Positions 29,325-38,698 of a stretch of 64,000 nt of DNA are shown here, piece by piece. The DNA lies in contig JBDRQI010000011.1 in NCBI GenBank assembly GCA_043826355.1, positions 21,418-85,417 on the forward strand. The letters are read 5' to 3'. Within the stretch, counting starts at the first letter, position 1; each line of letters opens with the position of its first letter. The notes below the pieces were generated by a model. That model was not told where the DNA came from and made no database searches. It saw only the letters and a list, made by a program, of their open reading frames with translations. The DNA is from Candidatus Omnitrophota bacterium. Its GTDB lineage: Bacteria > Ratteibacteria > UBA8468 > MWAK01. The translations under genes were made by a program, and so were the position numbers.

Positions 29325-30355
29325 TAGATATTAACTATCGCTTTGATGACGCCTTCCCGATAATCGGCCACCAATTGCATTCCTTCGGCTACCCTTTCCA
29401 ACGGAAAATTATGGGTAACCATATCTCTGGCGTTAATCTTGCCGGCGGCCATAAGCCGGATAACTTTTTCCGCGGCAAAAGCAGAACGCCGTACATTCAG
29501 GAGCGCCAGTTCTTTTCGTCTGGCTCCAAAACTGGGGAATTGCCAGCAATCTTCCGCTGGAATGCCTACCATTCCAACTTTTCCGGCCAGCGAAGCGGAA
29601 TCGATTGCCTGGACAAGGGTCTCTTTTTGACCGGCCGCTTCAAAAGCAGAATGAACACCTCCGCCTTTAGTCAGGGCCAGGATTTCTTTTACCGGTTTTG
29701 TCTTTTCAGGGTCAAAGAGATAATCGGCTCCGATCTGTTTTGCGTAAGCGCGCCTTTCCGGTATCAGGTCAGTGGCGAAGATTGAAGCGGCGCCGGCCAG
29801 TTTAGCAAAGAAAATGATGGCCAGGCCGATCGGTCCGCATCCGAAAACCGCGACTGAATCTCCGGGGGAAACCCGGATGAGATTAACCGCATAAAGTCCG
29901 ATTGCCAGGGGTTCGGAAAGCACGCCTTCTTCCAGGCTGACATTATCAGGAAGGGGGATGAAATTGGCCGCGGGCAACACCAGGAATTCCCGGAAAGCGC
30001 CGGATGTTGGCGGGGTGCCCAGAAACTGAACTTTGGTGCAGAGGTTCGGTTTGCCGGTCAGGCAAACCTCGCATTTTCCGCAGGAAATTCCCGGTTCAAT
30101 CGCCACATTCTGCCCTACCGTGAAACCGGCTACGTTGGGACCTGTTTCAATAACTTCTCCGGCCGCCTCGTGACCGAGGACAAAAGGACCGGAAACGATC
30201 TGCTCGCCAATGCGTCCTTCCTTGAAATAATGGACATCAGAACCGCAGATTCCAACCTTCTTTACCCGTACCAGCAATTCGCCGTTTCGGACAATCGGCT
30301 GCGGCGCGTCTTGAATTTTAATCTGTTTTTTCCCGATTAGAAACGCTGCTTTCAT
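29324..30355 (-). CDS. Zinc-dependent MDR alcohol/polyol dehydrogenase
   Basis: GICGSDVHY, GHEAAGEV and the GxGxxG motif VFGCGPIGL. Confidence 0.88.
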   Translation of the reverse strand: MKAAFLIGKKQIKIQDAPQPIVRNGELLVRVKKVGICGSDVHYFKEGRIGEQIVSGPFVLGHEAAGEVIETGPNVAGFTVGQNVAIEPGISCGKCEVCLTGKPNLCTKVQFLGTPPTSGAFREFLVLPAANFIPLPDNVSLEEGVLSEPLAIGLYAVNLIRVSPGDSVAVFGCGPIGLAIIFFAKLAGAASIFATDLIPERRAYAKQIGADYLFDPEKTKPVKEILALTKGGGVHSAFEAAGQKETLVQAIDSASLAGKVGMVGIPAEDCWQFPSFGARRKELALLNVRRSAFAAEKVIRLMAAGKINARDMVTHNFPLERVAEGMQLVADYREGVIKAIVNI

Positions 30356-30370
30356 GGGAATCTTTTAGAC

Positions 30371-30456
30371 GTAGGGGTCGGATTTATCCGACCCGCGGGC
30401 CCCGAACAGGCGGTTTTTGCCTTCTACGGGGCGGGCGCGATAAATCGCGCCCCTAC
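30371..30456. repeat. 'gtagggg...cccctac' composite hairpin repeat with central 36-nt module
   Basis: Two arm hairpins (gtcggatttatccgac; gcgcgataaatcgcgc) flank gccccgaacaggcggtttttgccttctacggggc. The element fills the whole ADH-dut spacer. Confidence 0.85.
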
Positions 30457-30887
30457 ACTTTTCCGGAAGAGCCGAATCCGGAGTCGTTCCGTTCTGTTTC
30501 AGGAAGGGTTGATACCGTGGTTAAATCGGCTTGAAGGCAGGGCAGCAGAACCAGTTGCGCAATCCGGTCGCCGATATTGACCTGATACTCTTTTTCACCT
30601 AAATTTATCAGGACAACCATTATTTCGCCTCGGTAATTGCTGTCGATTACGCCGGCCAGGGTATGAAGACCGAATTTCAGAGCCAGCCCGCTGCGGTCTT
30701 TGATGAGGCCGACCACTCCGTCCGGAATGGCAAAATGCAAACCGGTTTTCACCGGGTAGCGCTGGCCCGGCGCCAGGGTTATTGATTCACTGGCGCGCAG
30801 GTCAAGGCCGGCATCTCCGGGCCGGTGGTAACCCGGAGTCTGAATTTCAGGGTTTTTCTTACTTATTTGGACCGGAACGGTGGCCAC
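30453..30887 (-). CDS. dut: dUTP diphosphatase
   Basis: GDAGLDLRA, GVIDSNYRGEI and C-terminal GFGSSG motifs. Confidence 0.93.
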   Translation of the reverse strand: MATVPVQISKKNPEIQTPGYHRPGDAGLDLRASESITLAPGQRYPVKTGLHFAIPDGVVGLIKDRSGLALKFGLHTLAGVIDSNYRGEIMVVLINLGEKEYQVNIGDRIAQLVLLPCLQADLTTVSTLPETERNDSGFGSSGKV

Positions 30888-33048
30888 GGTGTGTCAGTCT
30901 TGGTTGTGGGCGGCCGGAACCAGGCCTCCCGGAACGATCGCCGCGGTTGACGGATGGCGGTCTACTGCCTTCTTCTCCGGGCGGTGGCGGCGGCAGCAGG
31001 GCTTTCCGGCTCAGGTTTACCCGGTGCTGTTCGTCCACGCCGACAATCTTAACGTTAATTATGTCTCCGATATTGACCACGTCTTCCACCCGTCCGACGT
31101 AACGATGGTCAAGCTCGGAAACGTGAACCAGTCCTTCCTGACGGGGCAGGTACTCGACCATGGCGCCAAAAGGCAGGATGCGAGTTACTTTTACATTGGA
31201 ATAAACCTGCCCGATTGTCGGTTCCTCAGTCATTCCCTTGATTATGGCGGTGGCTTTTGCCCGGGACGCTTCATCCCTGGAGATGATTTGAACGCCGCCG
31301 TCGTCATTAATCTCAACGTCGGCGCCGGTCTCCTCAATTATCTTACGGATATTCTTGCCGCCCGGCCCGATAACCGCTCCGATCTTTTCCACCGGAATCT
31401 TGATGAGTGAAATCTTAGGTGCGTGTTCGGAGAGCGTGGGTCTGGGGGCTGGAAGCGTCTGGTTCATCACCTCCAGAATTTTGGTTCGGCCTTCCCGGCT
31501 CTGCAGAAAAGCCTGGCGCAGAATTTCCAGAGACAACTGAGTTGTTTTAACATCCATCTGGAGAGCGGTAATGCCTTCCGTGGTTCCGGCAATCTTCAGG
31601 TCAAGGTCGCCGTAATGGTCTTCCTCGCCGGCGATATCGGTCAGGATTGTAAAATCGTCGCCCTCCTTGATTAAGCCTAAAGCTACTCCGCCGATGGTGT
31701 TTTTCATCGGAACGCCTGCGTCCATCAAGCCCAGCGAACTGGCGCAGACAGTGGCCATGGAAGAAGAACCGTTTGACTCCAGTATGTCGGAAACTATCCG
31801 GATGGTGTAGGGAAAGTCGTCTCCGGACGGCAAGCTGTTAATCAGCGATTTTTCCGCCAGCAATCCGTGCCCGATTTCTCTCCGGCCCGGACCGCGCATC
31901 GGCCGGCATTCTCCGACACTGAAAGACGGGAAATTATAGTGGAGGAGAAAACGTTTCTTGCTCTCTTCAAGAAGGCCTTCAATCCGCTGTTCGTCACCCC
32001 AGGTTCCCAGTGTTATCAAAACAAGCGACTGGGTTTCTCCGCGGTGAAAAAGAGCGGAACCGTGGACTCGGGGAAGAAGACCCACAGCGCAGGTGATTTT
32101 TCGGACTTCGTTGGGTTTGCGTCCGTCCAGCCGGATTTTAGTTTGGTTGATCTGGTTGCGCACCCGGGCGCGAAGTTCTTTTTCAAAAACCCCTTTAATC
32201 TCTTTCTTGAGATTATCATCGGCTTCCGGAAAACCGGCCAATATTTCCTGGTGTATCTCGTCGAAAAAGACGTTGCGCTCTTTTTTCCCGGGATAGTTGC
32301 TGACCTGGCTGAACTTAGCGTCAAAGACCGCTTTAACCGCTGCGTCGCAAGTGGTTTGTTCTGGTTCCGGAAAGGCTACCTTTGGACCGGAGAAGTTTTC
32401 TTTAATAAAAGCGGCCAGTTTCTGGGCTTCGCTGAATCCCAGGGCAATTCCTTCCATAACTTTTTCTTCCGGTACGTTCTTGCCTATTCCTTCTAACATA
32501 AGCAACGATTCCGTTCCGGCAGAGATAACCAGCGTCAGTTCGCTGGCCGCGGTCTGGGTGATGGTTGGATTAACAATAAAAATGCCTTCCACCAAACTCA
32601 CCCGAACTGCAGCTACCGGTCCCTGAGCCGGAAAAGGAGAGAGAGCGACGGTGGCGGAAGCGCCCAAGATCGCCAACATATCCGGGTCTACCTCCGGGTC
32701 AAACGAGTAGACGAAAGAAACAACCTGAATTTCGCGGTTGAATGTTTTCGGAAAAAGCGGCCGAACTGACCGGTCAATCAGCCGGCATGTCACCGTCTCT
32801 TTTTCGCTGTTTCGTCCTTCCCGTTTAAAAAAGCCGCCGGGGATTTTTCCGGAAGACGAGATGTGTTCCCGGTATTCCACGGTCAGCGGCAGGAAATCCC
32901 GCTGCATAGCCAGTTCGTTTCCGAAAACGGCTGAAGTAAGCACCATGGTGTCACCGGAGCGGACCATCACCGAAGCGGTGGCCTGCTGGGCGAAAGTGGT
33001 GGTATCAAAACTAATAGTACGACCTCCCAATTCAATCTCTTTTTTCAT
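30859..33048 (-). CDS. pnp: Polyribonucleotide nucleotidyltransferase (PNPase)
   Basis: Two RNase PH domains, a KH domain (IGPGGKNIRKI) and an S1 domain, plus a ~45-aa Pro/Arg/Gly-rich tail that overlaps the dut start by 29 nt. Confidence 0.97.
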   Translation of the reverse strand: MKKEIELGGRTISFDTTTFAQQATASVMVRSGDTMVLTSAVFGNELAMQRDFLPLTVEYREHISSSGKIPGGFFKREGRNSEKETVTCRLIDRSVRPLFPKTFNREIQVVSFVYSFDPEVDPDMLAILGASATVALSPFPAQGPVAAVRVSLVEGIFIVNPTITQTAASELTLVISAGTESLLMLEGIGKNVPEEKVMEGIALGFSEAQKLAAFIKENFSGPKVAFPEPEQTTCDAAVKAVFDAKFSQVSNYPGKKERNVFFDEIHQEILAGFPEADDNLKKEIKGVFEKELRARVRNQINQTKIRLDGRKPNEVRKITCAVGLLPRVHGSALFHRGETQSLVLITLGTWGDEQRIEGLLEESKKRFLLHYNFPSFSVGECRPMRGPGRREIGHGLLAEKSLINSLPSGDDFPYTIRIVSDILESNGSSSMATVCASSLGLMDAGVPMKNTIGGVALGLIKEGDDFTILTDIAGEEDHYGDLDLKIAGTTEGITALQMDVKTTQLSLEILRQAFLQSREGRTKILEVMNQTLPAPRPTLSEHAPKISLIKIPVEKIGAVIGPGGKNIRKIIEETGADVEINDDGGVQIISRDEASRAKATAIIKGMTEEPTIGQVYSNVKVTRILPFGAMVEYLPRQEGLVHVSELDHRYVGRVEDVVNIGDIINVKIVGVDEQHRVNLSRKALLPPPPPGEEGSRPPSVNRGDRSGRPGSGRPQPRLTHRGHRSGPNK

Positions 33049-33154
33049 TTTTTTCCTTAATATTTAGGGGTAATATAAATTATAACCCCAGGTGTCCTCA
33101 AAGGCACAAGAATGCATTTTGTACCGATGGGGTGTTCAAATTATTCTAAATTTA

Positions 33155-33421
33155 TTATTTTCGCAGGCCGAGTTTGGAGATGACCAATCCGTATTTGGAA
33201 GGTTCTTCTTTTTTCAGGTAATCCAGCAGGCGCCGGCGGTGACCGATCATAATGAGCAGTCCACGGCGGGAATTGCGGTCTTTCAGGTGAGACTGGAAGT
33301 GTTCCTCTAAACGGTTAATTCGGGCCGTCAGCAGGGAGATCTGAACTTCCGGGCTGCCGGTATCGACCGGGGTCCGGCGGAAAACCTGTATCGCTTCTGC
33401 TTTTTTTTCGGAGGTTAACAT
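33155..33421 (-). CDS. rpsO: 30S ribosomal protein S15
   Basis: 88 aa from MLTSEKK, with [16 protein letters not shown] and SRRGLL motifs. Classical rpsO-pnp order. Confidence 0.95.
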   Translation of the reverse strand: MLTSEKKAEAIQVFRRTPVDTGSPEVQISLLTARINRLEEHFQSHLKDRNSRRGLLIMIGHRRRLLDYLKKEEPSKYGLVISKLGLRK

Positions 33422-33480
33422 TTGACGGATATTATAATCTATCTTCCTTTTCGCTGTCAAATATTGTATAATACAGGCAA

Positions 33481-34764
33481 ATGAACTATCCATTTTTTAT
33501 CGCGCGGCGTTATTTCCGCCGGGGCAGGGGCGGTTACCTTTTTTTAACCAATCTCTTTGCTATTATCAGCGTAGCGGTGGGTGTGGCCAGCCTGATTCTG
33601 GTTCTGGGCGTAATGAACGGGTTTGACCGGGACCTGAAACAAAAGATAATCGGTGTTTTCCCGCCGCTGGAAATTAAAATTCCGTATGATTCTGATTTCG
33701 CCCGTATTGAAAACCGGGTCACCTCTTTTCCGGAGGTGGTTGCCGTGGCTCCGTTTTCCGAAACCCAGGCTATCTTTCGTTCCAAAGGTTTCCTGACTGC
33801 CGGGCTTCTGCGCGCGATTGACCCGGAAAGGGAAGATGCGGTTACCGGGTTTCAAAAATTCCTTATTTCCGATTCCAAAGATTCCTCCCGCCCCTCCCCC
33901 CCCAGGGGAGAGGGCCGGTCAGGCTTCGCCTCGTCAGAGTGCGCCGAAGTCTCAGGCGACGCCCAGGCGAGAAATGGTGAGGGGGAAATAAGGTGGGGGG
34001 GCGGCTTAGTCCTCGGTTCGGAACTTGCGCAAAACCTTCGGGTGGGTGTTGGGGACCAACTGGAAATAATTACCGGGTTCGGCGTAAAAACCCGCACTCT
34101 GCCGGTGGTTGGAATTTTTCGAACCGGGCTTTATCATTTTGATGTTGCCATGACGTTTGTTCCGTTATCGCTGAGCGAGGGTTTTTTTCCGACCGGCGCC
34201 CGGCCGGAAGCGTTGGGTGTAAAGATAAAAGATATTTATGCGGCGGAACTGGTATCCCAGAAAGTCACCCGGGAATTAGGGCCTTCTTTTCGCGTGGAAT
34301 CCTGGATTAGCAAAAACCGGATTCTTTTTTCGGCTCTGGCGCTGGAGCGGCGTGCAATGGCAATTATTCTGATTTTGATAATTTTTGTGGCTGGTTTTAA
34401 TATCGCCACCTGTCTGATGATTACCGTCTGGCGGAAGAGCAAGGAGATTGGAGTTCTCCGGTCTATGGGTGTGAGCGCTGGCGGTATCCAGGCCATTTTT
34501 TTGTGGATGGGGTTCTTGACTGCATTATGGGGAGTGGCAGTTGGTTTAGCTGTTGGCCTGTCCTTGGCTTATGTCGGAGACCATTACCAGCTGGTAAAGT
34601 TGCCGGGATATGTTTACGACCTTTCGTACCTGCCGATTAAGGTCCGGGGTTTTGATGTTATCTGGATTACGATAATCTCTTTTGCGATTGCGCTGGCGGC
34701 CTCGATCTTCCCGGCCCGGGAAGCGGCCCGGGTGGCGCCGGCAATTACGCTGCGTTCAGAGTAA
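33481..34764 (+). CDS. lolE: Lipoprotein-releasing ABC permease LolC/E family
   Basis: [13 protein letters not shown]-terminus, 4 TM with a large periplasmic loop and a FtsX-like C-terminus. The loop carries a ~40-aa repeat-derived insertion. Confidence 0.88.
   Translation: MNYPFFIARRYFRRGRGGYLFLTNLFAIISVAVGVASLILVLGVMNGFDRDLKQKIIGVFPPLEIKIPYDSDFARIENRVTSFPEVVAVAPFSETQAIFRSKGFLTAGLLRAIDPEREDAVTGFQKFLISDSKDSSRPSPPRGEGRSGFASSECAEVSGDAQARNGEGEIRWGGGLVLGSELAQNLRVGVGDQLEIITGFGVKTRTLPVVGIFRTGLYHFDVAMTFVPLSLSEGFFPTGARPEALGVKIKDIYAAELVSQKVTRELGPSFRVESWISKNRILFSALALERRAMAIILILIIFVAGFNIATCLMITVWRKSKEIGVLRSMGVSAGGIQAIFLWMGFLTALWGVAVGLAVGLSLAYVGDHYQLVKLPGYVYDLSYLPIKVRGFDVIWITIISFAIALAASIFPAREAARVAPAITLRSE
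33886..34005. repeat. Nested repeat insertion (PSP hairpin split by a GAAGTC-core module) in frame in lolE
   Basis: cccctcccccccaggggagaggg + cggtcaggcttcgcc...gcccaggcgagaaa + tggtgaggggg. The interior is the reverse complement of 27206-27260. Confidence 0.8.
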
Positions 34765-34772
34765 AGCGCTCG

Positions 34773-34936
34773 GATTATCTTTTTTGCTCACACGCTGCGT
34801 GTCGGACAAGACTACGCAACTCGTAAGCGAGCCTCGCCGTGTCTTTGTCTATATTTCAGGCAAATCACGGCCACTCACTTACTCGTTTTGCTTGTCTTGT
34901 TTCCGTCACTCCGCGAAGTGTGCAAAAAAGATAACC
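34773..34936 (-). ncRNA. ~160-nt extended hairpin element, copy B (lolE-lolD spacer)
   Basis: Terminal inverted repeats ttatcttttttgc / gcaaaaaagataa. Colinear with 57315-57481 in reverse complement, with compensatory stem changes. Confidence 0.6.
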
Positions 34937-34971
34937 TCGCTTAGCAGAAAAACTAAAAGACCTTTAAAACT

Positions 34972-35649
34972 ATGGAAATAACAGCCAGAGGTTTGACGAA
35001 AATTTACTCCGACGCCGGGAACCGGGTGGTGGCGCTTGACGGGGTTGACCTGACCTTGCAATCCGGAGAAGTGGTAGTCCTCCTGGGTCCTTCCGGGTCC
35101 GGCAAGACCACTCTCTTGAACCTGCTTTCCGGGCTGGAAGTCCCCAGCGAAGGCGAGGTTTTGCTTGACGGAGAGCATCTTTCATTTCTTTCCGACCGGA
35201 AAAAATCTTTTTTACGCAACCGTTCTTTTGGTTTTATCTTTCAATTTTTTAATCTTTTGCCGGAATTTACCATTCTGGAAAATACGTTGCTGCCCTCTTT
35301 AATCGGCAAACGCGGACGGGAATTTACTTCGGTCCGGAAAGAAGCAAAAACGCTCCTGGAGGAATTAGGCCTGGGCAACCGTGCCGAAGCTCTTCCCTCC
35401 GAACTTTCCGGCGGCGAGAAACAGCGGGTGGCTATCTGCCGCGCCTTGATTAACCGGCCGGGTTTCGTCTTTGCCGATGAGCCGACCGGAAACCTTGACC
35501 GGGAAAACGCGGAAATTTGCCTTAACCTTTTTCGGCAAATGATTATCCGAAACGGCACCGGATTCATAATTGCAACCCATAACCAGGAGATTGCCGCGGC
35601 TATGGCTGCCCGTACGGTGCGTCTAAAAAGCGGCAAGGTAATTCTATAG
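34972..35649 (+). CDS. lolD: Lipoprotein-releasing ABC ATP-binding protein
   Basis: Walker A GPSGSGKTT, signature LSGGEKQR, Walker B FADEPTGNLD. Confidence 0.9.
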   Translation: MEITARGLTKIYSDAGNRVVALDGVDLTLQSGEVVVLLGPSGSGKTTLLNLLSGLEVPSEGEVLLDGEHLSFLSDRKKSFLRNRSFGFIFQFFNLLPEFTILENTLLPSLIGKRGREFTSVRKEAKTLLEELGLGNRAEALPSELSGGEKQRVAICRALINRPGFVFADEPTGNLDRENAEICLNLFRQMIIRNGTGFIIATHNQEIAAAMAARTVRLKSGKVIL

Positions 35650-35674
35650 TTGCCGAGCTTGCTCGGCGCAGTTT

Positions 35675-35724
35675 GTAGGGGCGCCATTCATGGCGCCCGC
35701 GGGTCGGATGAATCCGACCCCTAC
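35675..35724. repeat. 'gtagggg...cccctac' repeat, short form lacking the central module
   Basis: gtaggggcgccattcatggcgcccgcgggtcggatgaatccgacccctac: the same arms as 37981-38066 without the 36-nt centre. Confidence 0.85.
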
Positions 35725-35740
35725 GTTTTGAGGAGGGGAA

Positions 35741-36616
35741 ATGGGGTTATTGATCTGTTTGGACGGGAAACTGGTTACGGAGGAAAAAGCCGTTGTTTCG
35801 GTCTTTGACCACGGCCTTCTTTACGGAGACGGCGTATTTGAAGGAATCCGGGCTTATAACGGCCGGGTTTTTCGCCTGGAAGAACATATCCGGCGGCTTT
35901 ATCGTTCGGCCGGGACCATAATGCTTCAGGTATCAATAACTCCGGAAGAGATGACCCGGAAAATCCTGGAAACTCTTAAAGCCAATAAACTTCGCGATGC
36001 CTATATCCGGGTCGTGATTACCCGGGGTAAGGGTGACCTTGGTCTTGACCCGCGTAAGTGTCCGAAATCAACATACTTCATCATCACCAATAAAATCCAG
36101 CTTTATCCTGCGGAACTATGCCGGAAAGGCATGAACATTATTACCGTGCCGACCCGGCGCAACGGTGTGGAAATGATGACTCCGGCCGTTAAATCCCTTA
36201 ACTACTTAAATAACATCATGGCCAAGATTGAAGGGAATAACGCCGGAGTTTCCGAAGCGTTGATGTTGAATACGGAGGGTCTGGTGCTGGAGTGTACCGG
36301 AGACAATATCTTCCTGGTGCGCGGCAAGGAATTGGTTACGCCGCCTCTTTACCTGGGCATTCTGGAGGGGATTACCCGGGACGTGGTGATGGGGCTGGCT
36401 TCCAAAGCCGGGCTTATCAGCCGGGAACTTCCTTTTACCCGGCACGACCTTTTTAACGCCGACGAGGTATTCTTAACCGGGACCGCCGCGGAGATAGTGC
36501 CGATAAGCAAAATTGACGGCCGCAGTATCGCCGACGGCAAGCCCGGTCCCTGCACCGTAAAACTAATCAACCTTTTCCGCCGGCTCACTGAATCGGAAGG
36601 TACGCCAATTGTTTAA
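35741..36616 (+). CDS. ilvE: Branched-chain amino acid aminotransferase (class IV)
   Basis: FDHGLLYGDGVFEGIRAY and EHI.RL..SA N-terminal motifs, 291 aa. Confidence 0.9.
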   Translation: MGLLICLDGKLVTEEKAVVSVFDHGLLYGDGVFEGIRAYNGRVFRLEEHIRRLYRSAGTIMLQVSITPEEMTRKILETLKANKLRDAYIRVVITRGKGDLGLDPRKCPKSTYFIITNKIQLYPAELCRKGMNIITVPTRRNGVEMMTPAVKSLNYLNNIMAKIEGNNAGVSEALMLNTEGLVLECTGDNIFLVRGKELVTPPLYLGILEGITRDVVMGLASKAGLISRELPFTRHDLFNADEVFLTGTAAEIVPISKIDGRSIADGKPGPCTVKLINLFRRLTESEGTPIV

Positions 36617-36621
36617 TAGTT

Positions 36622-36653
36622 CCCTCTCCCCGCAAAGGAGAGGGGTGGGGAGG
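36622..36653. repeat. 'PSP' hairpin repeat
   Basis: ccctctccccgcaaaggagaggggtgggg lies immediately after the ilvE stop. Confidence 0.7.
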
Positions 36654-36743
36654 TAGGACAGGTGTCTCCCGCCTTCGCTAAATTTATCCGCCGTAGCTTT
36701 AGCGCAGGCGGAGCTACGGCGGGCGAAGCCCGTCTGCCATTAT

Positions 36744-36900
36744 GGTGTCATCCTGAGCCTTTAAGAATCCGTCATCCTGAGTGAAACGAAGGATCTCGTC
36801 TTATAAAGATTAGATCCTTCACGGAGTTTACCCTTGAGCAACGCGAAGGGTTCAGGATGACAAATTACGTCAGATTCTTCGCTTGTGCTCAGAATGACAA
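36744..36900. repeat. 157-nt composite gtcatYctgag-family element (copy c2)
   Basis: Its reverse complement differs from 45643-45798 by only 4 substitutions and 1 indel, aligned by hand. Confidence 0.9.
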
Positions 36901-36996
36901 ATAGGATAAGCTTAAATCACGGGCGGTCTATTCGACGGAATGCTCCGCCCCTATTTTTTGATTAAACGTTTTCCGGTCTTCCGGTATCTAATATTT

Positions 36997-37506
36997 ATGA
37001 ACCGAACAGATTTCGAAGCCATTTTGCAGGAAAATCAGGAACGCATCTACCGCCTGGCTTTAAGAATCACCGGCGACAAGGAAGAGGCAAAAGACATAAC
37101 CCAGGAAACGTTCCTGGCGGCGTACGAACATCAGGGTCGTTTTCGGCAGGAATCCAATTTTTCAACCTATATTTACCGCATCGCTCTCAACTTCGCTTTT
37201 CGGGCGCTGAAACGGAAACGCCCTTTGCAAACGCTGGAAAAGCCCGAAACGATAAGGTCAAATGACGAAAATCCGGCCCAGATTTTTCAACGGGAGGAGA
37301 AGGAAGCGGAAGTCCGGCGGTTACTGGACTCTCTGCCGGCCGGACAGAAGGCGGCCGTTCACCTCCGGCTTTATGAAAATCTGTCATTTAAAGAGGTTGC
37401 CCGGGTGCTGGGTTGCAGGCCGGCCACTGCCCGTACCCATTATTTTTTCGGCTTGCAGAATTTACGAAAGGAGATGAAGGCACGCCATGAATTGCCAAAA
37501 GTTTGA
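36997..37506 (+). CDS. ECF sigma factor
   Basis: Region 2 (AKDITQETFLAAY) and region 4 (LSFKEVARVLGCRPATARTHY). Start at MNRTDF. Overlaps the anti-sigma gene by 20 nt. Confidence 0.85.
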   Translation: MNRTDFEAILQENQERIYRLALRITGDKEEAKDITQETFLAAYEHQGRFRQESNFSTYIYRIALNFAFRALKRKRPLQTLEKPETIRSNDENPAQIFQREEKEAEVRRLLDSLPAGQKAAVHLRLYENLSFKEVARVLGCRPATARTHYFFGLQNLRKEMKARHELPKV

Positions 37507-37972
37507 GCGATGGATAGTCCTGAGTTTGGAAGGTGAAATCACCCCCCGGCAAAAAGGCGTTTTGGAAAAGCACCTGAAGGGATGCGCCGGATGCCGGAAA
37601 GTATTGGAAGATTACCGGAACGTACGCCATCTCTTTGCCACGCTGCCGTTGGAACCGGTTCCGGTTCTGCCGGCATTCAGCCGGCCCGTGACTGAAAAAA
37701 GAAAAGGACCGCCGCTGGTCTTAAGACGAATCGTGCTGGCGCCGGCCGCGCTTGCGCTCTGCCTCCTCCTGGCAATTGGAATCATTAAATTCCGGAATGT
37801 TCCTCCCGCCATCCCGGTTTCGAACAGTTACAAAGCTGATTTGCTTGCCGGCGTATCCGAGCGTGAATTTTTTGACGTCAACTTCCCGAATTCAAGGGAG
37901 TATTACTATTTTATTGAAAATCTTTCCGTTGCAGAACAGGAAACATTCTTCAGTATCTTACAGGCAATGTAA
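37487..37972 (+). CDS. ZAS-type anti-sigma factor, single TM
   Basis: HLKGCAGC (HxxxCxxC) near the N-terminus, a hydrophobic helix LAPAALALCLLLAIGII, and coupling to the sigma gene. Confidence 0.72.
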   Translation: MNCQKFERWIVLSLEGEITPRQKGVLEKHLKGCAGCRKVLEDYRNVRHLFATLPLEPVPVLPAFSRPVTEKRKGPPLVLRRIVLAPAALALCLLLAIGIIKFRNVPPAIPVSNSYKADLLAGVSEREFFDVNFPNSREYYYFIENLSVAEQETFFSILQAM

Positions 37973-37980
37973 ATTACTGT

Positions 37981-38066
37981 GTAGGGGCGTGATTCATCGC
38001 GCCCGCGGGCCCCGTATAGGCGGCTCTTGCCTTCTACGGGGCGGGTCGGATAAATCCGACCCCTAC
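37981..38066. repeat. 'gtagggg...cccctac' composite repeat, long form
   Basis: The arms are swapped relative to 30371-30456 while the central 36-nt module keeps the same orientation. Confidence 0.85.
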
Positions 38067-38125
38067 AAAAATTTTGTCATCCCGCGTGTAGTAAGCGGAA
38101 ATCTGTATCAAGGAGGTGATACGGA

Positions 38126-38698
38126 ATGAAAAAGATAACGCTGCTTCTAATATGCGCCGTTGCATTCTGGCCGATTTTAGCCCACGGCGCGCCGGTTCAG
38201 GTGGAAGGGAAGAGCCGTCAAACCGGGTCCCAGAGAATGATGCCGGGACGCGAGATGTTCCAAAAAGACGGAAAGGCCTGGGACCGGATGGCTTCGGTAC
38301 GCTTCTACAAGTTGATTGAGTTTCTTGGCCTGACAACCGAAGAGGCGAATAAATTGGCGCCGGCCATTCAAGCAAGGGATAACGGACGGAAGGACTATTT
38401 CCAGGCGCGCGATAAAGCGCTGGATAACCTGGCGGAATTGGTTGAGAAGGGAGCGTCGCAGAATGAATTAAAGAAGGCGGTGGCCGGAACCAAGGTTCTG
38501 GATGATGGATATCAGGCAAAAGAAAAGGGGTTAACCAACAAGGTTCTGGAACTCCTGCCGCCGGAAAAGCAGGCAAAATACTACCTCTTTAACCGGCACT
38601 TTACCCAGGAGATTCGTCAGGGACTTTACAATATGGCTGAACGGCGGATAAAGGAACGGAGTGAAAAAGCGAGGCCAGGCGTTCAACCACCTCGGTAA
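38126..38698 (+). CDS. Periplasmic Spy/CpxP-like (LTxxQ-type) protein, tentative
   Basis: Signal peptide, a helical Lys/Glu-rich body and LGLTTEEANKL / LLPPEKQAKY motifs. It lies downstream of a sigma/anti-sigma pair. Confidence 0.45.
   Translation: MKKITLLLICAVAFWPILAHGAPVQVEGKSRQTGSQRMMPGREMFQKDGKAWDRMASVRFYKLIEFLGLTTEEANKLAPAIQARDNGRKDYFQARDKALDNLAELVEKGASQNELKKAVAGTKVLDDGYQAKEKGLTNKVLELLPPEKQAKYYLFNRHFTQEIRQGLYNMAERRIKERSEKARPGVQPPR

Noticed and set aside
36744-36900. CRISPR array (recurring gtcatcctgag-type units with short intervening sequence)
   Set aside because: The units are imperfect palindromes in alternating orientation, spacing is irregular, the same composite recurs elsewhere, and no cas genes or leader are present.
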